DNA of 64,000 bases, from positions 124,001 to 188,000 of the IMG/VR virus record IMGVR_UViG_3300008448_000001. One strand, 5' to 3'. Positions 48,589 to 57,211 of the stretch are shown one piece after another (the first letter of the stretch is position 1; the number at the start of each line of letters is the position of its first letter). The notes under the pieces are model-generated. The model worked only from the letters and a program-made list of their open reading frames with translations, was not told the DNA's origin and did not search any database. The position numbers and the translations under genes were made by a program.

Positions 48589-48672
48589 GGATCGGCGGCG
48601 CGGGACCACTGAAAAGTAATCCGCGATGGTGCTCAAAGAGCGGTCTAACATGTTCGAATCATGGCCGGTCCG
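48589..48672 (+). ncRNA. tRNA-like element C
   Basis: GGATCGG/CCGGTCC stem; canonical T loop CATG-TTCGAAT-CATG. Confidence 0.55.
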
Positions 48673-48675
48673 CTG

Positions 48676-48722
48676 AGTTATTAAGGCGTTCTTAATAACT
48701 GGATGTTTGTTGGTTTGTTTTG
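48676..48722 (+). terminator. Possible terminator closing the ncRNA island
   Basis: AGTTATTAAG/CTTAATAACT 10 bp stem followed by a T-rich tract. Confidence 0.45.
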
Positions 48723-48735
48723 AAAGGGTTTGGTT

Positions 48736-49401
48736 ATGCGTTTTGTTTGTTTTTTGGTTTTAGCATTGGCGAGTTCGCTGGTCTCGGCGCAGACACCGCT
48801 ACCGGTTCGATTTGTTGAGGCCGGTCAAACTGTGACGGTTCCCAAGGGCAATTACCTGCAGACGCAAGAAGTCATCGTCCGCAAGGGAGGTGCTCTCATT
48901 CTTGAGGCCGGTGTAACTATCCAGGTGAAAGGCCTTGGATTGCCCATGCAGGTCTATGGTTCGCTTTCAGTTAACGGTACCGAGGCTGAACCTGTGGTGG
49001 TCGGCCCCGATGCCGCCGGTGTTTGTGGCACACTGGCAGCGTACCCATCTGCTGACGGCACTAGGCCGCAAGTAACAATTGATTACCTCGAATGGGCCAC
49101 TACCCAAAACTCAAACTGCCTGTTTTTCTCAAGGTGCGACTTCGCTGTCGCCAATAGCGTATTTTTGAGCAATGGTGCTAGCAGCACCAACAGGGTTTGC
49201 GTCCAAGCAACAAACGACTCCGCCGGGAGCGTCAACGATTGCTTATTGGAATGCGTTAAGGCGACCGGAGTGACGACGAACGGGATCGTTGTGAACGGAA
49301 GCGGTGCAGCGGTTGACCTGTGGAACATAACCACAGTTAATTGCGACAATCCGCTAAGGATCAACAAGTTTGTTGCTAAGGTTACAGGAAGCGTTCGCTA
49401 G
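48736..49401 (+). CDS. Secreted beta-helix-like protein
   Basis: Signal peptide MRFVCFLVLALASSLVSA; LILEAGVTI...VYGSLSVNGTEAEPV motif. Confidence 0.7.
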   Translation: MRFVCFLVLALASSLVSAQTPLPVRFVEAGQTVTVPKGNYLQTQEVIVRKGGALILEAGVTIQVKGLGLPMQVYGSLSVNGTEAEPVVVGPDAAGVCGTLAAYPSADGTRPQVTIDYLEWATTQNSNCLFFSRCDFAVANSVFLSNGASSTNRVCVQATNDSAGSVNDCLLECVKATGVTTNGIVVNGSGAAVDLWNITTVNCDNPLRINKFVAKVTGSVR

Positions 49402-49527
49402 TTGCGGATCGCAGGTAATAATTGTCGCAGGAGCGACTTGTTTATCTAAAACATAAACAAGTTTCTCCTGCGGCTTCTTTCTCTTTCCCACGTCGCGGTT
49501 CACGCGACTTTTTTTTAGCTATTGACC

Positions 49528-49932
49528 ATGGACCCGAACAAAATCAGACGTTTAGACCGGGCAACGGGCTCGTGCCACGACCACGTGGTTTGGTTCATGC
49601 TGTGGCTTGAACACTTGAATATGTTCTCTGAGGCACAAGTTTACGATATAATCAAATTCGTAGGTACGGAAGCCTTGGTCGCACGCGAAGCACCCCAGCT
49701 TCCGTCGCATGCAGTTTGCGTTTTCAACGTTGTCGTTTGCGATAGTCGCTGGGTCACTTTCTCCGGCGGCGTTTCCTTCTGGGACACGGCGACCGCCGAA
49801 GAAATTAAAACACTGCCTCAGCCTGCAATCACGCATGTTACTTGTGACTTCACGGCCTTACTGCAGCGAAGAAAAAATGGATCAAAAAGCAACGTCGATG
49901 CTACTTCAGACACTAATCAAGCAAGCCAATAG
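49528..49932 (+). CDS. Hypothetical protein
   Basis: 134 aa ORF on coding strand. Confidence 0.55.
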   Translation: MDPNKIRRLDRATGSCHDHVVWFMLWLEHLNMFSEAQVYDIIKFVGTEALVAREAPQLPSHAVCVFNVVVCDSRWVTFSGGVSFWDTATAEEIKTLPQPAITHVTCDFTALLQRRKNGSKSNVDATSDTNQASQ

Positions 49933-50647
49933 TTCGACAAGCCAGCCGCAAGTCGCCAAGCTGGCCCAGCGAACTTTGCTTGCCGCGGAGGAAGCTTACG
50001 CTACGCCTTTGATCCTGCTTGTACTAGACAAGTACGGCACGGACGCCCTTTCCTGGTCCCCTGCGACCATAAGAATGGAGTTAGAGCAGGACTTTCAGCT
50101 GAAGTTGCCGAAGATCACGCTAGATAAAATCATGGCGGCGGTGACAATTTTGACTACGAATTACTTCTACAAAGACGTAACGCGATTTGTCGAAATCTGC
50201 AATATATTGTCCGGTGACGATTTTCAACCGAACGAGTTTGAACCGGCGGACGCCGGTGAGATGTTGGTCGGAATTACGGAAGCTCTGCTGCTGTATCCCC
50301 CCAACGACGATCCCGAAGACACCGAGTTTTCGGCTGAAATTCAGGAGTACATCAAACAGGTACTCCGTGAAGAGGGTATTTTAAAACCCTTTGACGTCCT
50401 GAAATTTGCAATGAGTGACGACAGTGCAAGCAAAGTAGATGCGGATTACGCCGACGACCCGGAGATGTACTCGGCTATCTACAAAATGCAACAAAGCAAG
50501 ACAGGAGATCTGCGTACGATTTACCTGGAAAATATGCAGGGCTTGATGGATCAACTGCGTATGTTACCATTGAGCAACGGTTCGACAGAAGTTGTAGTAC
50601 GTCAGCTGCAACAAATAGTATCCTTATCGGGAGCAGAAGAAGAATGA
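49877..50647 (+). CDS. Hypothetical helical protein
   Basis: Acidic helical ORF, ATGA overlap with next gene. Confidence 0.65.
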   Translation: MDQKATSMLLQTLIKQANSSTSQPQVAKLAQRTLLAAEEAYATPLILLVLDKYGTDALSWSPATIRMELEQDFQLKLPKITLDKIMAAVTILTTNYFYKDVTRFVEICNILSGDDFQPNEFEPADAGEMLVGITEALLLYPPNDDPEDTEFSAEIQEYIKQVLREEGILKPFDVLKFAMSDDSASKVDADYADDPEMYSAIYKMQQSKTGDLRTIYLENMQGLMDQLRMLPLSNGSTEVVVRQLQQIVSLSGAEEE

Positions 50648-50928
50648 AGATTACCCCCTGGAAGTACTTGCTTTTAGTTGTTGCCAGTTCCAGTTTTGCG
50701 TCGGCGCAAGACTGCGGCAGCGGTACCTGCCGTAAGCCTGTACGAAACACGGTTACCGCAGTAGCAACGCCGGTATTCGAGGCAACCGAGACCGCTGTAC
50801 ACGCTGTCGAGCACGTTGTACAGTCCACGGTGCAGTCCGCAACCTGCGCCACGCAAAAGGCGGTTGCAGTTGCAACTCGTCCCGTGAAACGAGTATTTAC
50901 GACACGGCGAGCTCGTTGCTGCCGTTAG
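50644..50928 (+). CDS. Small secreted Cys-containing protein
   Basis: Signal peptide ending ASA-QDCGSGTC; RKPVR/RPVKR; ends RCCR. Confidence 0.65.
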   Translation: MKITPWKYLLLVVASSSFASAQDCGSGTCRKPVRNTVTAVATPVFEATETAVHAVEHVVQSTVQSATCATQKAVAVATRPVKRVFTTRRARCCR

Positions 50929-50949
50929 TCTAGCACCCTTCAACGCGTG

Positions 50950-50985
50950 ACCACCCGGCTAGGTTTCTGGCCGGGTGGTTTTTTT
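50950..50985 (+). terminator. Rho-independent terminator
   Basis: ACCACCCGGCTAG/CTGGCCGGGTGGT stem plus T run. Confidence 0.85.
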
Positions 50986-50996
50986 ATGGAGTCAAC

Positions 50997-51695
50997 ATGA
51001 GCCATTTAGTGAACGGTTTTTGTGTTAAGGACATCACTGCTCTCTCGCAGGTGGTAAAAGAGCAGTGTCCGCAGCTTGAGTTGGTCGAAGGTACGCAGTA
51101 CCGCACGTGGATAACCGACCACGGCAGGCTGGCCGGAGATTATCCTATTCCTGGGTTTTACCAGGCCATCTTGGCAAACGAACTTAGCCTGGAAGGGTTC
51201 GACCTTGCCGTTATTGCAAAAGAGATGGGCGTAACGCTTCCAGCTAAGCTTTCCGACCTGGAAAGCCAACCTTGGAATCTGGCTACGCAGAAAAGACTTT
51301 TGCAGAACGAGAAAGTGCACGCTGCGTACACGAGAATTGTCAAGGAACGCATGAGCAAAGATTGTCAGTACGTCATTCGTTACAAGGCGGGCGAAGGCAA
51401 CAAGGGGGCCTACGAGATTGGTGTTATTCCGCACCCGTTCCGCAACGGCGAATTCGTGCTGATGATGGACTTTTTCAGCCAGGGTAACGGGTTGCTGAAC
51501 GCCAAAGGTCTCGGCAAGCACGAGTCGAAGGCAGGCGTAGACAATTGGGCTAACCAGCTCAAGCAAGGTTACGCCGCGAGGGCCACTGAGCGAGTCATTC
51601 AACAACAAATGGCTATGGGCAACCCTGCCTACGGTCAAGTCACACGTGTCGCAATGCCTGACGGCAGATTAGTTTATCAAGTGAAAGGTCGCTAA
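50997..51695 (+). CDS. DUF1257 (Ycf35)-like protein
   Basis: MSH start, YEIGV...LMMDFF, QLKQGYA; adjacent to DUF2997-like and AAA genes. Confidence 0.6.
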   Translation: MSHLVNGFCVKDITALSQVVKEQCPQLELVEGTQYRTWITDHGRLAGDYPIPGFYQAILANELSLEGFDLAVIAKEMGVTLPAKLSDLESQPWNLATQKRLLQNEKVHAAYTRIVKERMSKDCQYVIRYKAGEGNKGAYEIGVIPHPFRNGEFVLMMDFFSQGNGLLNAKGLGKHESKAGVDNWANQLKQGYAARATERVIQQQMAMGNPAYGQVTRVAMPDGRLVYQVKGR

Positions 51696-51697
51696 GC

Positions 51698-51895
51698 GTG
51701 GAAAAAACAATCACAGTCACCATTCAACCGGACGGTCAAACAAGCATCGAGGCGAGCGGGTTTACCGGCGGAAGTTGCGTGAAGGCCACGCAGCCGCTTA
51801 AGGAAACGCTCATCGGAGAAGCTCCGGCGGCTCAAGTTTTGAAACCGGAGTACCACATACCTCAACCGCCTATCGCCGAAAGGATGAGGCAGTGA
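51698..51895 (+). CDS. DUF2997-like protein
   Basis: ITVTIQPDGQTSIEASGFTGGSCVKAT...LKPEY. Confidence 0.75.
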   Translation: MEKTITVTIQPDGQTSIEASGFTGGSCVKATQPLKETLIGEAPAAQVLKPEYHIPQPPIAERMRQ

Positions 51896-52314
51896 TGTCG
51901 GACTGGTTTAAAAAGCTGCAAGAAAGCATGAAAAAAGATAACAAAGATGGGGCAGTCGATAAACAACAGTTTGTCGACTGCCCCATTCGTCAAAAAATGC
52001 TCATCGGATTGCCCGCAATACGAAAAAGGCTTATGGAGGACAAACGATTTCGGTTGGTGGCCGAGGTCAATCACGTAGACAACTTCGTGCTAGTCGCTCG
52101 CGCCAGGTTAATCGACGATTTAATGTCGCTGATATGCGACGACTTATGCGGATCGTCTTCAGAAAAAGACAAGGATTGGTGGCACTCAGGTTTTTCGGAC
52201 AGCGAGGTAACCTCATCCAGAACGCCTGATCACCGCGAAATCTACGCAATAGCCGGAGATACTGCGACCTCTGTTTACTACGAATTAAATGGAAGACGAC
52301 AAAGTGGAAGCTGA
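51895..52314 (+). CDS. Hypothetical protein
   Basis: GAGG RBS; TGATG coupling. Confidence 0.55.
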   Translation: MSDWFKKLQESMKKDNKDGAVDKQQFVDCPIRQKMLIGLPAIRKRLMEDKRFRLVAEVNHVDNFVLVARARLIDDLMSLICDDLCGSSSEKDKDWWHSGFSDSEVTSSRTPDHREIYAIAGDTATSVYYELNGRRQSGS

Positions 52315-52636
52315 AAAAGTGGAAGACGAAAAGATAGAGAGCTGTAAGCCGCAGCATCCATCGTGCGAAAGCTGCGTGTTTGCTGCGGAGTTCAAACATC
52401 CCGGGGAGCAGCCTGCGGTAACCCCAGCGACCGTTACCCGCAGGTTCCTTTGGTTCAAGTGGCAGGCCCCTGTTGATTCGGATATTGCGTTTATCGACGA
52501 ATATCGGCTTGACCTGTGGAAAAAACAACTGGAAAAGCACGAAAAACGCGTGCTTTGCTGTCGTTACCCTTTAGTGGTTGAAAAACTTAAAAAATCTCTT
52601 TGTGGTGAATACATACGGGAAGAAGAACATGCTTAA
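52289..52636 (+). CDS. Hypothetical Cys-containing protein
   Basis: CESC...CCRYP...CGEY pattern. Confidence 0.55.
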   Translation: MEDDKVEAEKVEDEKIESCKPQHPSCESCVFAAEFKHPGEQPAVTPATVTRRFLWFKWQAPVDSDIAFIDEYRLDLWKKQLEKHEKRVLCCRYPLVVEKLKKSLCGEYIREEEHA

Positions 52637-54428
52637 AACGATTTTGAAGTACTTGGCGTCCGGTCAGGCAGGCATTTGCGTAACCTCTGTTGAACCGGAG
52701 GACGTGCACAACGAACTACTGGGCTACGCCCTTGAACACGCTCGAACACCCGGTCCGGAAGGCATTATCTTGATTAGCTGGGATGCTGTCGACGGTCTGA
52801 CGGATATTCAAGGCCGCGCGGTAAAGCTCGACGAAGGCCTTGCCCTTGGAAAGACGTCGCTATACAGCTCGCTTGAATACGCGATAAGCAACGCCCGCAA
52901 CCGTATCGCACTGGAGCAGGAAGGCATCGCCCCGGAAAACATGGCTGACGATATGGTGAAGAAGCTTGTCCTCATCGTACGCAACTACGACCGGCACCTG
53001 TTTCCGAACGGGATGGCTAGCGGTCAAGTCGACCCACTCATTCTAGCGCAAACGCAAAAGCTGATCGCCGAAGGGCAAAACGCTCGAGTTTTCTTGATCG
53101 CTCAAACGTCGCCGGACTTCGAGTTGCCTTACGAGTTGGTAGAACATTTCGAGGTTTTGCAGCACAACTTGCCGGACGAAGACGAGCGGAAAGAACTGCT
53201 GCACGCACTGGACGAAGAATCAGATGTGGAAGCAACGACGATCGAAGCCATTGCAGGTTTGTCACGAGCCAAGATCCAGCAGTACGGCGCCGAGTCGCTT
53301 GCCGAAAAGGGTGTCTTTGATCCGCCTTTCCTTTTTCACAAAAAGGCGATGCACTTGAGTCGCAGCTCGAAGCTGGACGTGTGGTCTCCGGCGTTTCAAC
53401 AGGCCATCAAGCTGTGGCCCGAGGAAACTGTTGAGGAACTCCGCGACGCTGTGGACGTCACGCTGTTGTCTGAAGAGTATCCCTCACAGCAAGAGTTGCG
53501 TGCGCGTATCAGTTTCACGCAAGGGGGTAAGAAAGTCGATCGTTGGCTAGACCCAATGCCGGCGGAAGACTTCAACAAGCTTTACCGTCCCGAGCGGAAC
53601 TTCTACACCTTTGACTCGATTATCGGGCTGACGAGCTTGAAGTCGTACCTTAAAAACGGCTTTAGTCCAGCGGTGCCGGATCGCTCCAAGCTGCGACACG
53701 TTTTCATGCTCGGTGTTCCAGGTACCGGAAAGTCGATGACCCCGAAGTGCTGCTCCGGGGAGTTTCGACTGCCGTTGTCCTCGATGCAGGCTAGCAACCT
53801 GTATTCGAAGTGGGTTGGCGACACCGACAAAATCCTGGCGAACATGCTTCGCACGGTGGAAGAGATCGGTGGGATCTTGGCTATCGACGAGTTTCAAAGA
53901 TTTCTCCCGCAAGGCGGAAGCTCGGGGGAAGCCGGAGGTTTGGAAAACCGTATGTTAGGAACGCTGCTGACCTGGTTTAACGATCAGAACAGCACAGTTA
54001 TCCTCTCGGCGGCAAACAACATTGCGAATCTCCCTGACGAGATCACGCGGTCCGGTCGCGTCGATGCTTTGTTTTTCGTCGGCTTCCCCGGAAGCGAAGC
54101 GAAGAACCACGCATGGGAGATGTACATGGCAAGGCACGATCTTCAACCGCAAGAGCTTCCGAAGGATCAATTTTGGACTCCTGCAGACATCGCAGCGTGC
54201 TGTCGGCTAGCTGAAATGCAACGTGTACCTGTTGCAACCGCCGCTAAGTGGGTAACACCCTCTTACGAGAAGAACAAAGAACAAATGGATAACTTGTTGG
54301 GATGGGCCGAGGCCGCCGGCTGCATCTGCGCTGAGACAGGTGAACGCTTCCAGAAAAAGGCAGCGATGGATGCAGTAAACTCCGTGAAGCCACGCGTCGT
54401 TCGAAAACTAACACGAGCAAAGGAATAA
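52629..54428 (+). CDS. Ycf46-type AAA+ ATPase
   Basis: Degenerate N-terminal AAA domain; Walker A GVPGTGKS, Walker B LAIDE, SRH AANN...TRSGRVD. Confidence 0.88.
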   Translation: MLKTILKYLASGQAGICVTSVEPEDVHNELLGYALEHARTPGPEGIILISWDAVDGLTDIQGRAVKLDEGLALGKTSLYSSLEYAISNARNRIALEQEGIAPENMADDMVKKLVLIVRNYDRHLFPNGMASGQVDPLILAQTQKLIAEGQNARVFLIAQTSPDFELPYELVEHFEVLQHNLPDEDERKELLHALDEESDVEATTIEAIAGLSRAKIQQYGAESLAEKGVFDPPFLFHKKAMHLSRSSKLDVWSPAFQQAIKLWPEETVEELRDAVDVTLLSEEYPSQQELRARISFTQGGKKVDRWLDPMPAEDFNKLYRPERNFYTFDSIIGLTSLKSYLKNGFSPAVPDRSKLRHVFMLGVPGTGKSMTPKCCSGEFRLPLSSMQASNLYSKWVGDTDKILANMLRTVEEIGGILAIDEFQRFLPQGGSSGEAGGLENRMLGTLLTWFNDQNSTVILSAANNIANLPDEITRSGRVDALFFVGFPGSEAKNHAWEMYMARHDLQPQELPKDQFWTPADIAACCRLAEMQRVPVATAAKWVTPSYEKNKEQMDNLLGWAEAAGCICAETGERFQKKAAMDAVNSVKPRVVRKLTRAKE

Positions 54429-54432
54429 TTCA

Positions 54433-55659
54433 ATGGAAAACCAAGTCACATACCTTACCATCAAGTACACGGTCGGTTGGTTGCCTTCGTCACTCGGCCT
54501 GACTGAGCAGGCGAAAGCCGTACTTGCCCGCGAACAGAACGTCGACGCCAAGGTGCTGCGAGGATCTTACGCGATCCTCGGTGCGTCTAACGACGATCTC
54601 ATCAAAGAAGGAGCGGGGCTGCGGCGACTCCTCAACATCATCCGGGACGAATACACCATTCCGGAGTACACCTTGGTCGGAACTGCCGCAGACACGGAAA
54701 ACCTGAAACCAGAAAAGGTTCCAGGCTCTTACCTGATCGAGGCGGCGAGGCTGGACGATTTTCTTTCACGGTTCAACGCCATGCGGGACCAGTACCTTGC
54801 GTGGGGTAAGCGTGTTGCTTCACCCGAGAATTACGAAAAGATTCGCGAAAGCGACCGCATAAAACTCGGCAAGGACTGGGCAGTTGTCGAACGCAAATAC
54901 CCGACTGCCGAGGAAATCGCGGACGCGATCACTTGCGACGTGCCGCGAATTGAGCAGTACAATGCGACAATCACCGTGGACAGTCTGGCTCCTGCAACAA
55001 GCGAAAAGCTTCGCGTACAGGCCGAGCAAAGATTGCAAGCGTCGGTCAACGGTGCGGTCGGAGAGCTCGTCTTTGAGCTCAAAGAAATGGTTGCAACCGT
55101 TGCTCGCAACTGCGGGAAACGCATTCGACTGTCGCCCCCTATCGACGGTCAGTACGCTAGTCTGCGTGACGCCGAGGTTCGCGAGATCCTGCGGAACAGC
55201 GATAACCCAGAGATACCGACAGGCTACGTGCAAGTTGTTGTGCAACAATGCGTGCAGAACGGCAAAGGCGGTTTCAAGCAGACGGGCAAAGAACAAAGTG
55301 TTTTGCTTACCGAGCAAGAATACTTGGCGTTAAGGCCTTACGAGACCGACGAGCACCGGACCCTGACGCAAAGCGGTTTCAGCAACTTGCAATGGCTTGC
55401 GGATAAAATCTCTTCCGTCCAGAACATGCTGGGCGAGGAAGGCAAACCCGTTATCGATCTCGCCAAAGAGATCCAAGACACACTGTCCGGTATGGGTAGC
55501 TCCGCAGACAGCGTCACCCGAAACATTCGGGACAACGGCTATGCTCGAGCTACGGCGAAACAAACCTTCACCTCGCTTCTTAATCGAATTTCCGAAAAGG
55601 AAATCGAGATAAGGAAAGTGCAAAGGGTCGGACGAAAGATTGACCGGGCATGCGCATAA
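54433..55659 (+). CDS. Coiled-coil partner of the AAA module (DUF3150-like)
   Basis: Helical 408 aa protein after the ATPase; family call tentative. Confidence 0.5.
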   Translation: MENQVTYLTIKYTVGWLPSSLGLTEQAKAVLAREQNVDAKVLRGSYAILGASNDDLIKEGAGLRRLLNIIRDEYTIPEYTLVGTAADTENLKPEKVPGSYLIEAARLDDFLSRFNAMRDQYLAWGKRVASPENYEKIRESDRIKLGKDWAVVERKYPTAEEIADAITCDVPRIEQYNATITVDSLAPATSEKLRVQAEQRLQASVNGAVGELVFELKEMVATVARNCGKRIRLSPPIDGQYASLRDAEVREILRNSDNPEIPTGYVQVVVQQCVQNGKGGFKQTGKEQSVLLTEQEYLALRPYETDEHRTLTQSGFSNLQWLADKISSVQNMLGEEGKPVIDLAKEIQDTLSGMGSSADSVTRNIRDNGYARATAKQTFTSLLNRISEKEIEIRKVQRVGRKIDRACA

Positions 55660-56048
55660 TCATCCATCCTGACGGAAAAATCGAGAGCCTGGAGAACGAA
55701 GTAACGCGGGCTCTCGGTTTGACGGATCGAAAGCGAGTCAGCCACGTCGAACCTGCAAACCGGTTTCTACGCTTTGTCTTCCGAACGATACGAAACCGCG
55801 TCCGCGACGATTCGAAAATAGCTTGTTGGACCAGAACTTGGCGATGCCGCTGGCAAGCCAACATTTTTGACGGCCCCACGCTAGGGCCGTACGCTCGGCG
55901 GCAGGATGCAATTGCCGCTGAAATCGAATTCATTGAAGAACGACTACTTGGAGAAACACATGAGTTTAACGCCGTCGAATGCAACCATAACGCTAGAGGA
56001 TCTGGTTGCCACAATCAAACTGCTGGAAAAGCTGAAGGAGGATTTTGA
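55650..56048 (+). CDS. Hypothetical protein of the AAA module
   Basis: IIHPDG...RVSHVEP...GPTLGPY..RQDAIAAEI motif. Confidence 0.6.
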   Translation: MRIIIHPDGKIESLENEVTRALGLTDRKRVSHVEPANRFLRFVFRTIRNRVRDDSKIACWTRTWRCRWQANIFDGPTLGPYARRQDAIAAEIEFIEERLLGETHEFNAVECNHNARGSGCHNQTAGKAEGGF

Positions 56049-56454
56049 AAAGAAGAAGAAATTGAAGTTGCCTCCGCAAGCCGTAAGCGGCAAGATCGTC
56101 CTCGGTGTCGACTATCATCTCGTCAAGGCCGAGCCCAGTTCCGCGTGCCCGCCATTCAAACTTGACCAACACCTCGCCCCGACAATTTTGCTTTACGCGC
56201 AGTCGCTGGACAGCGGTAGTGCGCCTCGCGAGAGTCTCGCGTGGCTAAGTAATCTATTCGGTGACAGCGGTGTCATGGGTACACTGATAAAGGCAAGCCG
56301 GCCAGTACCCGTCAACCCGCTGATCGAAGCGCACTTCAAGGCGGAGGTCGAGAAGTGCAAGGTAAGCTTCCAGTCGAAAAGCGGCAAGCAACCGAAAGAA
56401 GGTAACACCACGGTGAGCGGAACCGTAGAGCTCCTTAGCGGTATTTGGAAATGA
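55960..56454 (+). CDS. Hypothetical protein
   Basis: GGAG RBS before ATG 55960. Confidence 0.6.
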   Translation: MSLTPSNATITLEDLVATIKLLEKLKEDFEKKKKLKLPPQAVSGKIVLGVDYHLVKAEPSSACPPFKLDQHLAPTILLYAQSLDSGSAPRESLAWLSNLFGDSGVMGTLIKASRPVPVNPLIEAHFKAEVEKCKVSFQSKSGKQPKEGNTTVSGTVELLSGIWK

Positions 56455-56495
56455 CAGATCCAGCTAACGCTGGCACCAAAAAGAGGTAAGTAAAG

Positions 56496-56708
56496 ATGGA
56501 AGGTAGCGAATTGTGTTCCGGTATTAATTGTGGTTTTAGAGAACATTGCAAACGGTACCAGCCGAAAGCAAAAGGCCAAAAAGGATTAAAACCGCCGGGG
56601 TCGCTGCCTGCGTCTTGTTCGAACTTTGTACCAAGGACAAGTTACGGTAGCTGCTCACCTGGTGCTGGTGAGCAGCTCTTTTGTGAAAAGAAAAATGGAA
56701 AATCTTAG
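56496..56708 (+). CDS. Small Cys-rich protein
   Basis: GAGGT RBS; C.G.NC..REHCKRY. Confidence 0.5.
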   Translation: MEGSELCSGINCGFREHCKRYQPKAKGQKGLKPPGSLPASCSNFVPRTSYGSCSPGAGEQLFCEKKNGKS

Positions 56709-56997
56709 TTTTGAGGCGTTTGCCACTCGGTACTGCGAGACACAGCAATCGACTCCGGAAAGCCTGGCAACAGTTCTCGAATCCCAGGTCAATAAGTTTC
56801 AGCCGGCAGGGTGGTTTTTGAGTCAATGCGAAGACATGTGCTCGTCTAAGCTTGGAAACCAGGTAATCCTTCCGTACGGCCCGGCCAACACTTTCAAGGA
56901 GATACCCGCGAGTAGGTTAGTTCGACCGCACGCTGGATCCGCCTGCACGTATTCCGTCGTGGCCAATTTATCCTTAGGAGAATTCAATGCAAGGTAA
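56695..56997 (+). CDS. Hypothetical protein
   Basis: Overlapping packed ORF. Confidence 0.55.
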   Translation: MENLSFEAFATRYCETQQSTPESLATVLESQVNKFQPAGWFLSQCEDMCSSKLGNQVILPYGPANTFKEIPASRLVRPHAGSACTYSVVANLSLGEFNAR

Positions 56998-57211
56998 AGA
57001 ACCTGTGCGACTGGAAGGCACGGTAAAGCGAATGACGCACAAAGCCATACTTGTGGCCTTGACGTCGCCAAAGGTCAAAGAGATCTGGATACCGTCGAGT
57101 CAGTTGAAAGACACGGACTGTCTGGCGGAAGGGGACGAGGGTTACTTCGTCATTCCAGGTTGGCTGGCTGAAAAGAACGACCTTTTGGAAGACGAGGAAG
57201 ATGACGAGTGA
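56987..57211 (+). CDS. Small beta-barrel phage protein
   Basis: AGGAG RBS; THKAILV...IWIPSSQL...IPGWLAEK. Confidence 0.65.
   Translation: MQGKEPVRLEGTVKRMTHKAILVALTSPKVKEIWIPSSQLKDTDCLAEGDEGYFVIPGWLAEKNDLLEDEEDDE

Noticed and set aside
47895-48672. Repeats in the ncRNA island as a CRISPR array
   Set aside because: Irregular spacing, paired 5'/3' halves rather than direct repeats with uniform spacers, no cas genes
48290-48695. Short ORFs of 67 and 74 aa in the ncRNA island
   Set aside because: No convincing RBS or protein features; the repeats preserve base pairing rather than codons
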